A DNA stretch of 64,000 nt from a virus, in IMG/VR virus record IMGVR_UViG_3300042520_000860, positions 14,299 through 78,298 of that record. The stretch is one strand, 5' to 3'. Below the pieces are notes generated by a model. It saw only the letters and a program-made list of their open reading frames with translations. It had not been told where the DNA came from and made no database searches. Shown here in pieces: positions 20,618 to 29,433 of this stretch. Numbering within the stretch: position 1 is the first letter of the stretch; each line of letters begins with the position of its first letter. The translations under genes and the position numbers were made by a program.

Positions 20618-21496
20618 TTAGAATCCTACCGCACGACCGCGCTGAATCCAAGGTTTAACCAATTCGTTCACCTCACTAGGAACCTTGGTCTCAAGTAGGC
20701 TTTCGCGGCTGCCGTCAAAGGCAACACGCTCCCTGCGCCACTCGCTACTGAAGGCACACGCAGTCAGAATCGTTGCGCGGCGGATACTAGCAGGGATAAA
20801 CGTGGGTGATCCAATAAACGATTTCGTAATGGTTATCGTGCCGCCTCCCTGTTCACTAGTCCCTGGATTCCAGCTTGTTACCAGTTCGGGAGAAGCAACA
20901 TTTTGAAAAGAATACCAAGAAGCGTAAGTTGGGTTGGTGTCATCGTAACGCATAACCCATGCATTTCCGGGGGTTTCCCAATAACAAACACTATTGCCTG
21001 ATCTGTAGCTCGGTTTTCCATTTAGAATGCCTTCATAGTGGAGAATGGGAAAGGTAATCGCCTCTCGCGGAATCGCGCTAGTCAATGACCCCGTCACACG
21101 AATTGAAGGACTCGCCGTAAAACCAAACGTTCCTTTGATTGCAAGCTCGCCAGTGAAAGGAATAGAACCGAAGTTGGAAGAGTATTCAAAGAAGGTATCA
21201 CCCTCAGCATAACTCAAGCTGGCGAGGTCAATTTCTACGCCGTCGAGTTTTACTTCCGTCAACGAATTGATTTCAAAAGGAAGCATCACCACGTTGCCAA
21301 TCACGCGACGCCTTGGCACGATGTACGGGTCAATCGAATGATTGTGAAAATTGAAGTCCCTGCCGCAAATCTCATCAATGCGACGAGACGCAAGCTCGAT
21401 AGATTCAATGAAGATGTCGCTAACCTCTGGCTCGGAGTTGCCAGCGGCCTGAACCACGTCGTCCAGCGAGCAGTATGGTTGGTAAAGCGTTGCCAT
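20618..21496 (-). CDS. head-tail adaptor (gp6/gp15-like) with internal insertion
   Basis: YCSLDDV, ASRRIDEICGRDF, IPASIRRAT motifs. Confidence 0.75.
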   Translation of the reverse strand: MATLYQPYCSLDDVVQAAGNSEPEVSDIFIESIELASRRIDEICGRDFNFHNHSIDPYIVPRRRVIGNVVMLPFEINSLTEVKLDGVEIDLASLSYAEGDTFFEYSSNFGSIPFTGELAIKGTFGFTASPSIRVTGSLTSAIPREAITFPILHYEGILNGKPSYRSGNSVCYWETPGNAWVMRYDDTNPTYASWYSFQNVASPELVTSWNPGTSEQGGGTITITKSFIGSPTFIPASIRRATILTACAFSSEWRRERVAFDGSRESLLETKVPSEVNELVKPWIQRGRAVGF

Positions 21497-21697
21497 TTAT
21501 GCAAAGTTTGCAATTTTTCCAAGTTTGGTTTGTGGGCGAGCAAGCAGTGAGTCGCCACGCAAACGACGAAACTCATCCACTCGATCCTCAGCCTTGTCGC
21601 ATTTCTTGAAACGAGCAACAGCGGCCTTTACCGATTTGTCATCGGTCAGGGTTCGCTGCGCTTCGCGTTGAAAGGTGGCTAGGTTGATGTCGAGCAT
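21497..21697 (-). CDS. hypothetical protein
   Basis: 66-aa ORF abutting adaptor gene. Confidence 0.55.
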   Translation of the reverse strand: MLDINLATFQREAQRTLTDDKSVKAAVARFKKCDKAEDRVDEFRRLRGDSLLARPQTKLGKIANFA

Positions 21698-21705
21698 AAG
21701 GTGAG

Positions 21706-22257
21706 TTAGCGGCGACGGCGCTTGGTTGAAGTGGACTCCTCTTCCTCAGACGCATCATCTTCGTCGGCAGACGCGACTGGCGCAGGAGCCTTAACCGCTT
21801 TGGCGGCTACATTGGCATCCTTGGCTCCCTTGACGGCTGCCGTATCAGCAGTGCCAAGCGCCAGTCGCGTTTCTTTACCCAACTTATCCCATCCAAGCTG
21901 TACCGCCTCGGCGTAAATCGCGTCAGCAATTAGATCATCGTTGTCATGTTCGGTGACAACCAGTTCGCCGCCAATAAAGTTGATTGCTTCCGCAATGTTT
22001 TTAAGCGTGGACTTGCCACTCGCGATCAACTCATTTTGGAGATTCTTGTGCGACCAATCAACAAGGCGGAGGTCGAAGTAAGGAGTTCCAAGCGGTGAAA
22101 GGTCTTCGCGGATTTTGCGGCGCGACAAAAGCGTGAAGCGCGAATCATCGGAAATACCAGAGTATTCAGCTTCAGTAAGTTGGAGGGTAGCACCATCATC
22201 AACAGTGCCGAAGCGTCCAAGTGCAATCGTCGGGCCAGAGTAAGATACGGTTTTCAT
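21706..22257 (-). CDS. hypothetical protein after capsid gene
   Basis: Start taken at MKTVSY; low-complexity C-terminus. Confidence 0.6.
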   Translation of the reverse strand: MKTVSYSGPTIALGRFGTVDDGATLQLTEAEYSGISDDSRFTLLSRRKIREDLSPLGTPYFDLRLVDWSHKNLQNELIASGKSTLKNIAEAINFIGGELVVTEHDNDDLIADAIYAEAVQLGWDKLGKETRLALGTADTAAVKGAKDANVAAKAVKAPAPVASADEDDASEEEESTSTKRRRR

Positions 22258-22284
22258 AGAGTAGATTGTTAGCGAACGACGCAA

Positions 22285-22313
22285 ACCATACCGATGATTT
22301 TGAAAGTGCGCAA
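22285..22313 (-). promoter_or_regulatory. sigma70-like promoter candidate
   Basis: TTGCGC-N17-TATGGT on minus strand, just past the capsid terminator. Confidence 0.45.
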
Positions 22314-22323
22314 GCCTTTAATG

Positions 22324-22359
22324 AAAAAGCCCCCGCTCCAATTACGAAGCGAGGGCTTT
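22324..22359 (-). terminator. intrinsic terminator after major capsid gene
   Basis: GCCCTCGCTTC/GGAGCGGGGGC stem followed by TTTTT. Confidence 0.75.
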
Positions 22360-22390
22360 AACGAGTTAGGCGGCTAAAGCCACCGTTAGC

Positions 22391-24046
22391 TTACGAGTTG
22401 TAGTTGTAGCCAACGATTGCAGAAGGCACAGTGGCAAGCGATTCCTTAGCCTTGAAGTCGCGGCGGAAGGAAGCGATGACATAGTTGACTTGTTGCAAGC
22501 GGTTGACGTCCACTTCGACGGTGAAGCCACGGCGAACACCGACAACCCAAGACGGACGATGGATGAGGAACACCGAACCTTTGGTGGTGGTGGTTCCGTC
22601 ATACACGCCAGTGGCGTTGAGGTCTTCACGAACAGCGTCGCTGACGATGATCGGGATACCGTAGATGGAAGCTGCGGTACCGCTGAGGATACGAGCTGCA
22701 TCAGGGTTGCCGACCTTGTCGAAGGTAAGCGTTTCGCTGAGGCTCACCAAGTCGTTGTAGGCTTTAGGCCCAACCACGAGAGCGAGGTCACGAGGACGCA
22801 CACCGTACACACCCATTTGCTTGCGCATTGCGGCGATGTTTGCAGCGGAGATTCCACCAGTTGCAAGATCACGCTTGGTACCTGCATTGGCGAGCGCAAG
22901 AGTGCGAACACCGTTGAAGGACTTGGCAGCGTGGCCAGCGATGGCTTCGATGTCGGAGTCTTGGTGCGCACCAGTTGAATCACCGCTAAGAACGGCTTGC
23001 TCAAAGGTGAATGCAGCGCCAGAGGCCATGTCTTCCTGAAGCATTGGAAGAATCGCAATGATCGAATCTTCGTCGGCTTCGTAGGAGTACTCAGCAACAC
23101 CAATCATCTTGGTGGAGTCGAGCGTGATGGAACCAGTACCGGGATTCGAGCTGGTTGGGTTCGAGCCGGGAGCTTCGCTGCCTTTGTAGAACTGCGTGCG
23201 GGTCGTCTTCAGCGGGAGCTTGAACGGATCGCTCGGCATGTCGATTTCAGAAGCGATAAGCGCGGCAGCAAGTTGCGAGTCAAGGTACATGCGCATTTGC
23301 AGGTCGCTCGACAGGTCAGAAGGGATCAATTCAGCACCGTTGCCAGCGCCGCCAGTGGTAAGAGCCTTACCATAGGCAATCTGATCGCGAAGACCTTTGA
23401 TAGCACGAGTGCCGACTTCTTTGGCGCGGACAAGATCCGACTCGCGGATACCGTCGTTGAGGCCAGAAGGACGCTTAGTGCCAGTGCGCTCAAGAGCTTC
23501 ACCGCTCACATTGCCAAGGCAGATGTTGAGGAGTTGCTTTTGCGCGACGCTCATGTTGCCCGAACGATGCTCAACAGGGAAGTTGCCACCGAAGGTTGCA
23601 AACTGATGCTTGCTTTCTTGGCGCAGTCCCTTGCTGAAGGAATCAAGCGAGGCTTCAAGGTCAGCCTTGGTCACGCCAGCGGCGGGAAGGCTTTTCTTGA
23701 TCTCGGCAACGAGTGCGTCCTTGTCGAGTTTCGATGCGTCGAGGTGCTTGGCAACCGCTGCTTCGATGTCAGCAAGTTTCACGCCTTCGCCGCTCTTCTT
23801 GACTTCGTCAAGGATGGCTGCGGTGTCAACGCCTTTGCCTTCGAGTGCCTTGCTAACTGCCTTAGTGACGGCAGCCTCAAGTTCACCTTCAGTCACGGTG
23901 GTGGATTCTTCAGTACCGCCTTCTTCGGCTTCGCCTTCGATGGCTTTGAGGCCAGCGAACTCGACGCGCTCCGAATCGGTGAGGGTGTCAGCGGCTTTGG
24001 CGAGCAAAGCGGCGAGACGACTTTTTTGTTCTTCAGTCAATTTCAT
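22391..24046 (-). CDS. major capsid protein (HK97 fold) with N-terminal scaffold region
   Basis: GAELIPSDLS, AVLSGD, SIYGIPIIVSD motifs; helical N-terminal ~220 aa. Confidence 0.92.
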   Translation of the reverse strand: MKLTEEQKSRLAALLAKAADTLTDSERVEFAGLKAIEGEAEEGGTEESTTVTEGELEAAVTKAVSKALEGKGVDTAAILDEVKKSGEGVKLADIEAAVAKHLDASKLDKDALVAEIKKSLPAAGVTKADLEASLDSFSKGLRQESKHQFATFGGNFPVEHRSGNMSVAQKQLLNICLGNVSGEALERTGTKRPSGLNDGIRESDLVRAKEVGTRAIKGLRDQIAYGKALTTGGAGNGAELIPSDLSSDLQMRMYLDSQLAAALIASEIDMPSDPFKLPLKTTRTQFYKGSEAPGSNPTSSNPGTGSITLDSTKMIGVAEYSYEADEDSIIAILPMLQEDMASGAAFTFEQAVLSGDSTGAHQDSDIEAIAGHAAKSFNGVRTLALANAGTKRDLATGGISAANIAAMRKQMGVYGVRPRDLALVVGPKAYNDLVSLSETLTFDKVGNPDAARILSGTAASIYGIPIIVSDAVREDLNATGVYDGTTTTKGSVFLIHRPSWVVGVRRGFTVEVDVNRLQQVNYVIASFRRDFKAKESLATVPSAIVGYNYNS

Positions 24047-24162
24047 AAGAGATTTTGTGTGTTAGTGTTAGAATGCTATCGGTCTTTGTTTCCCGTACTT
24101 GTTTGACGCTACTTCCATTTGGGTTCGCCCTCACGCGCTTGGTCATTTTTGACTTGAGCGCG

Positions 24163-24214
24163 ATTTAACGATCACTTTGGTTAGCTGTCAATCACTATTT
24201 TGCAAGGATTGCAA
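24163..24214 (-). promoter_or_regulatory. capsid promoter candidate with adjacent TTGCAA-N3-TTGCAA site
   Basis: TTGACA(24186-24191)-N17-TTAAAT; motif at 24200-24214. Confidence 0.55.
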
Positions 24215-24308
24215 ATGAGTAGTCAGCCATTCATCACGACAACAATCGTCAGCCAGATTGCAATCGCGGCCACAATCGCAAACAACAGGGGCATAGTATC
24301 TTCCTGCA

Positions 24309-24674
24309 TCAGGCTTCAGGTTCAGGCGTAGGCTCTGGCGGAGCCACGTACTCATAAGTGCTGCCGTTAAAGACAATGTCTTGGCGGCCAGCGGAGACTG
24401 GTGCGCGGGTAGAGAACTGAGGCAATGCAAGCTGATCCAAAAGTCCGTTGATCATAATCCCAACGGAGGTGTTTACCTCAAACGTAGCCTGTGTGGTCGG
24501 CACGTCGTGGTTAAGGACAGCGAGCAAACGGTCGGTCGGCAATGACCAGAAATGTTCGTTCTCGTTGCGGAGGGTGGCGGCTAGATGATGCACGGCTTCA
24601 GCGCACCGGATAACGGATGCGTCTTTGACTGCGAGATCAATCTCGATCTGTGGTTTTTGTGTGAGTAGTGACAT
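24309..24674 (-). CDS. hypothetical protein (possible fibre accessory)
   Basis: 121 aa, follows fibre gene. Confidence 0.55.
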   Translation of the reverse strand: MSLLTQKPQIEIDLAVKDASVIRCAEAVHHLAATLRNENEHFWSLPTDRLLAVLNHDVPTTQATFEVNTSVGIMINGLLDQLALPQFSTRAPVSAGRQDIVFNGSTYEYVAPPEPTPEPEA

Positions 24675-24680
24675 AAGGTG

Positions 24681-27545
24681 TTAAGCTATTTTTCTGGCAA
24701 TGAGGTGCGCCCTTTTTCTCGTGCTAAGCGTAATAGGCGCGGCTGGAAGCGCGGGTTGTGTAATGAGAGTGGCTTGTGAAAACTCAATAGACAAAACCGT
24801 ACTAGCGGTAAGCACTTCAACAATACCAGTAATCTGCCTTCTTTGGTTCATGGTAGTGCTGCCTGTCACAGACCGTGAGAAAGTTTGAACGCTTTCAGAG
24901 CTGCTAACATTTCCCGTAGTAAGGTTTGATCCGTCAGCAGCGTAGTGCTCTACTAGCCCAAAGTGAACATTTGCAGATGCCCTAAGCGTGAATAGATAAC
25001 CGCCGTGTCCAGTGGCGGAGGCAGTAGCTGCAATCAATGAATCAATTTGATAAGTGCCAACGGGAAGCGTGACGGAGGCTAGTGTGACGGGGGTAGTATT
25101 AGCCGAAACAACGTTATTGATATTAACGCTGGAGAAGGTGTTGCCTACTGTCCCAAGCCCATAACGAGCATCTCCTAACGCTCTAGTCATCACGCTTGTA
25201 CCATTAGTCGCAGCTTGGCCACTAAGCTCCATTTGACCGCTGAACGATTTATTACCACCAATAGAGGTTTGGTCTCCAGTCAGCATGACCGCTGAGTTAT
25301 TCGTTGCAATGGTTCCACCAGTCGTCGGAAGGGTGAATGTCTGTGTGCTGGTCAGGCCGGACGGCGGATCAACTTGAGCGTGGAAAGAGTTGCCGCTTTG
25401 CTTTAGTCGCAAACCACCGTTAAACACATGTGTACCGAAAAACGTGGATGTTACGCCTGTTGTGCTAGTGCCAAAATTATTGTCGCCAGTGAACGTTTGG
25501 TCTCCGGCTCGCCGTGCAACGTTCGAGTTACAGGAAAGAGTGTTTGTTGCGGTGTTAAACGCCAAACCGTCCCCATTGACAAACGGAAGATGTGCAACCC
25601 AAACCGCAGCGGTAGCCGTGGCGGCAGTGCATTCATAAGATGTTCCGTCATCTAAAACCCAAAGAGATCCGATAACAAAACCTTTTGTGCTGTCGTCAGT
25701 AGCCGTCGGTGCGATGTTCCGGCAACGGTCAACACGGCGAATGGTGAAGCCGTCCTGCTCCATTGTGTAAAGGCGACCGGCTTCCCACTTGAGTTCGTAG
25801 TCTAGCGAACATTTAAGAGCTACGCCTTTGTTGCCGTCAGCAGCGGTGGTTCCTTTCCTGACGCTTGCGGTGTTGTCGAATGTGAGCGCATCGCCTGAAA
25901 GGTGTGCTGAATTGGCTGTGATTGTTTCGGCGTGGAAGCCATTAGGCTCGACATACGCGTTTAAGCCCGTGTTTACGCCATCTTCTTTCTGTTGAACACC
26001 AAAGCCCCAGCCGCCGACCTCTGCGTCTGTGCTGAAGTCGTTGACATCAGGAGCTATGTCGAGCGTAATAACGGCACCAGTGTTCATTGCGCCGCCAGTA
26101 AGTGGCAGTTTGTCGTCGGCTGGCGTCGTGTTCTTCCATAACCCGTTAACCGAATCGTAAGTCAGGACTTGATTGTTCGACGGGCTTGAAATTTGCACGT
26201 TGTGCAATTCCTCAAGCTCGAAACCATTCTGCACTTTGACATAAATGCCATTGAGCGTGTTGCCATCAACCTTAGTCACATAGCCAATGAAGACCATGTG
26301 GTTCGGCGCGGCGGGTTTGTTCGCAACTTTGAAAACCATTGCGCCAGCCACGGTAGGAGAGAGCCATATTGGATCGCCTTCGATAATTCCGTGGCCACTT
26401 GTCAAAGCAATGCCAAGCCCAGTGATGCTTCCCTCAGTCAGTACATATCCAAAACCATTTGCGGCAAGAGATTGAATCGCCACGCCGATGGTCTTGCTTG
26501 AAGTCGCTTCACTGTTTGCAAGCGCAGGAGAGATGATTTTGTTTTCTCCAGCCGCGCCAGAGATGTAAACGACTGCGCCCTTTGTGATTGCTGTAGCGGC
26601 CTTCGCGTAAATTTCGATGTTCGACGCAGTAAGCGAACCATTCGCACCGCGAAGCGCAACAGTATCAGCGGCCACTCCAGTTGAACCAAGGCGTGCTTTT
26701 ACATCGCCGCTTTCACCATACAAGAATCCTTCCATTGTAGTCTGCGTCGTGTCGCCGATGAGGTTAGGGCCACCGCTGATTTCACTGACTTCAAGGGTAG
26801 TTTCGATCCATTCCGCAGCACCAGCGGTGCTCGCTACACAACGATACGCCTCTTTGCCGATAACGTCGATCCAGAGTGAGCCGGGAGAATAACCAAGCAG
26901 TGTACCATCGTTTACATTCGGTGCGCGGTTACCATCCCACCTAGCTTTCGGAAAGCCTATGTTTTGCTGGGCGCGTTGTTGTTGTGAGAGACTGAGTGTT
27001 TGTGGAGTGTCGTAGCGGACAGCTCGCGTATTGAGCCAGCTTTCTGGCGAAGGGAGATTGATTGGCGTCGCTTCGTTGCCGCGAATCACATCATTGTTGA
27101 CGACAAAAAGGGCCTCGTTTTGAGTCGAGGCATAAGTAGTTCCGCCATCCCGCGTCCATGTGAGTTCCAGCATGCCGCTTACAGAGGCCACGTCAGCCTC
27201 AAGCGGAGCATTTACGCGCAACGCATCGTACAAGTCGAGGCCGTTGAGAGTGAAGTCAAGATTGTAACCATCAGCCGCCAACTGACTATTGACGTTCAGG
27301 GTTGCGTAAGCGTAAAGGAGTTGCGAGTCGTATTCGTTTATCGGCTTAACAGCCATCGTTAATACCGTGCCATTAGGAAGGGTGACTGGTAGACTAGCCG
27401 AATCAAGAAATACCACGTTGAGTCTAACCGAATCACCGCGTTTGAAAGACAACCCGCTTCCAGATAACTGAAAGCCAGCGGTATCGGTAGTTGAAGAACC
27501 AAGTACCCCGTTAGCGTTTACATAGACTGTTTTTTTGATAATCAT
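24681..27545 (-). CDS. fibre-like virion protein encoded in the head module
   Basis: Gly/Thr-rich; ELEELHNVQI..VLTYD...WKN, LPLTGG, GDQT fibre motifs; duplicated APxxxD..GSLW module. Confidence 0.75.
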   Translation of the reverse strand: MIIKKTVYVNANGVLGSSTTDTAGFQLSGSGLSFKRGDSVRLNVVFLDSASLPVTLPNGTVLTMAVKPINEYDSQLLYAYATLNVNSQLAADGYNLDFTLNGLDLYDALRVNAPLEADVASVSGMLELTWTRDGGTTYASTQNEALFVVNNDVIRGNEATPINLPSPESWLNTRAVRYDTPQTLSLSQQQRAQQNIGFPKARWDGNRAPNVNDGTLLGYSPGSLWIDVIGKEAYRCVASTAGAAEWIETTLEVSEISGGPNLIGDTTQTTMEGFLYGESGDVKARLGSTGVAADTVALRGANGSLTASNIEIYAKAATAITKGAVVYISGAAGENKIISPALANSEATSSKTIGVAIQSLAANGFGYVLTEGSITGLGIALTSGHGIIEGDPIWLSPTVAGAMVFKVANKPAAPNHMVFIGYVTKVDGNTLNGIYVKVQNGFELEELHNVQISSPSNNQVLTYDSVNGLWKNTTPADDKLPLTGGAMNTGAVITLDIAPDVNDFSTDAEVGGWGFGVQQKEDGVNTGLNAYVEPNGFHAETITANSAHLSGDALTFDNTASVRKGTTAADGNKGVALKCSLDYELKWEAGRLYTMEQDGFTIRRVDRCRNIAPTATDDSTKGFVIGSLWVLDDGTSYECTAATATAAVWVAHLPFVNGDGLAFNTATNTLSCNSNVARRAGDQTFTGDNNFGTSTTGVTSTFFGTHVFNGGLRLKQSGNSFHAQVDPPSGLTSTQTFTLPTTGGTIATNNSAVMLTGDQTSIGGNKSFSGQMELSGQAATNGTSVMTRALGDARYGLGTVGNTFSSVNINNVVSANTTPVTLASVTLPVGTYQIDSLIAATASATGHGGYLFTLRASANVHFGLVEHYAADGSNLTTGNVSSSESVQTFSRSVTGSTTMNQRRQITGIVEVLTASTVLSIEFSQATLITQPALPAAPITLSTRKRAHLIARKIA

Positions 27546-27611
27546 TGGAGCCGTGCCGCATCAAGGCACCGCAACGCTGCCAAAGCATCCTCGACTTGTC
27601 AAGATTAGCCA

Positions 27612-27959
27612 TTAACCTTTGCGCCGAATCTCGTCTGCGAGAGAACGAAACTCAGATGTTTGTTGCTCGGTGGCACGAATCAAACGCTCCCTGCTTTCTT
27701 GGATGTTAGCGACCAGCTTATCCATCCGCGACTCATGTTCATCGCGATCCTTGATGCGGTCGGACATGCTTTGCTTGTAGGCGTTGTGAATAGAAACAAG
27801 CGCATACATTACCGCAATCAAAAACGCAACGGGCAGCCCCAGCGACGAAACCCACTCAGGCAATCCGGGCAAGGTAGCCGTGTCAGCCAGCAAAGTTGTG
27901 CCAGCGCAGACAATCGCTGCAATAGGCTTTCCAAAGTCTATGAGCATTTCCGATTGCAT
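27612..27959 (-). CDS. membrane-anchored coiled-coil protein
   Basis: Hydrophobic N-half, charged helical C-half. Confidence 0.55.
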   Translation of the reverse strand: MQSEMLIDFGKPIAAIVCAGTTLLADTATLPGLPEWVSSLGLPVAFLIAVMYALVSIHNAYKQSMSDRIKDRDEHESRMDKLVANIQESRERLIRATEQQTSEFRSLADEIRRKG

Positions 27960-27964
27960 GAAGG

Positions 27965-29092
27965 TCAGGCGTTAATGGTCAACTGCTTGGCCGAGTGACG
28001 CTTGAACAATTTTGAGGCACTGCCCAAGTCGAGCGAGCGTGCTTGGAAAATCGCGTCAGGATTTGCAGGGATTGCAACTAGGCTGATCTCAAACAGATAG
28101 ACCTTTTCAATCGTGTGGCCATCGGGGCCGTAAAGGAACACCCCGCCCATGCTCAGAGTTTTGAGGTGGCCTTCCATAATCAGGAAGCGAATCGCGCGCA
28201 ACTCAGGCGCATTGCTTACCTTGCCGACCACGCGCAAGCCAATGTCGTCTTGCATCACTTCGGTGTAGCTCCCTGCGATGTTAGCCACGCTGTTTTTGTG
28301 GTCGGTCAGCATCACGGGGTTGCGCTTGAACTCACGAATTGTTTCGGTAAACGCACCGGGCATTACGGTATCACCATCGCGGTCTTTGGCAGTGACATTG
28401 GCAAAGGTCGAACCATAGCCCGCAATCATCACGTCTGAGTAGTCCACTACGCGGTTGGATTGATCCTTCACCGCCACGCCCTTGGTTCCGTCCTGAAGTA
28501 ACGCCTCATTGGTTTGCCAAGCGGACATCTTGCGTTCGACATACGGCGCATCGAAAGGGGTGAGGCGGTCAGCGGCAAGCTCAACCGTAGAATCGCTGGC
28601 CAGTAGCAAACCATTTTCATCGGGAATAGCCAAGCGGACTGAAGCCACGTCATTTGCAAGGTTTGCAATTACGCCAGCGACTTTGACGCCGTCGTGCTCA
28701 AACATCACTGCTTTGCCCTCGGCCAGCGCAGGAGTAAGTGCGGCTTGATTGGTTTGGGCAATCGCGGGAGAATCGACCTTGGTCAGCCCAGCAAGGTAGA
28801 AACCAAGAGCTTGGCCAGTGAAGCCCCCGTCTTTCCATACCGAAACCAAGGCCACGGGATTGTCAGGCGCTGCGTCGAGCTTGGTATCGCCAAAGTTGAG
28901 CGTTCCTTCAGGCATGATGTGGTCAATGCGACCAATCAACTCATCGCCCCACGACACGAAATCGCCTTCTTTCAAGGGCGCGGCGGGTGGCGGCTCGATA
29001 AGCAGATCCTTTTGGCGCGGCGATTCGCGTTGCTTTACAAGATTGAACTTGAAAGCTGGGGCTGGTTTGTCGGCGAGAAACTTGAACGGCAT
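27965..29092 (-). CDS. prohead protease (HK97 family) with N-terminal extension
   Basis: DRDGDTVMPGAF, MLTDH, LSMGG, EISLVAIPANP motifs. Confidence 0.92.
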   Translation of the reverse strand: MPFKFLADKPAPAFKFNLVKQRESPRQKDLLIEPPPAAPLKEGDFVSWGDELIGRIDHIMPEGTLNFGDTKLDAAPDNPVALVSVWKDGGFTGQALGFYLAGLTKVDSPAIAQTNQAALTPALAEGKAVMFEHDGVKVAGVIANLANDVASVRLAIPDENGLLLASDSTVELAADRLTPFDAPYVERKMSAWQTNEALLQDGTKGVAVKDQSNRVVDYSDVMIAGYGSTFANVTAKDRDGDTVMPGAFTETIREFKRNPVMLTDHKNSVANIAGSYTEVMQDDIGLRVVGKVSNAPELRAIRFLIMEGHLKTLSMGGVFLYGPDGHTIEKVYLFEISLVAIPANPDAIFQARSLDLGSASKLFKRHSAKQLTINA

Positions 29093-29136
29093 GCCGCAAA
29101 CACTGGCAGCTCAATCGGCTGATGTCAAGCCAAGGT

Positions 29137-29433
29137 CTAGCCTAGCTCGTCGTCGGGCAACTCTTCAGGCGTTACGTCTGGTTCGATCTCTTTGACGTCA
29201 AACACCGAGCTTTCTTGCAAACCAAGTTCATGCGCAAGTCCACGTACTACGTCGATTGAGAATCCATTCTTCGTGCGTCTACGATTGACCGCGCCCGAAA
29301 TGAACTCAACGGCGATCATTCGGTCTTCTTCGGTCGCCCCATGAACATGCAAGAACTCACAAACGTCGGGTGCCACGCGAATGTGCGCTATTCCAGCAAC
29401 CTTACATTCTACGATTCCATAGTTTATGTTCAT
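29137..29433 (-). CDS. hypothetical protein (possible immunity partner of the MuF effector)
   Basis: 98 aa acidic; ATGA overlap with MuF stop. Confidence 0.5.
   Translation of the reverse strand: MNINYGIVECKVAGIAHIRVAPDVCEFLHVHGATEEDRMIAVEFISGAVNRRRTKNGFSIDVVRGLAHELGLQESSVFDVKEIEPDVTPEELPDDELG

Noticed and set aside
22490-24106. Long plus-strand ORFs (e.g. 22997-24106; also 15826-16488, 49537-50169, 53251-53883)
   Set aside because: Antisense shadows of well-supported minus-strand genes with no recognisable motifs.
26193-26207. TTGCAC-GTT-GTGCAA as an extra motif copy
   Set aside because: Two mismatches; left out of the counts.
4147-27545. Diversity-generating retroelement acting on fibre genes
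   Set aside because: No reverse transcriptase and no adenine-variable TR/VR pair noticed.
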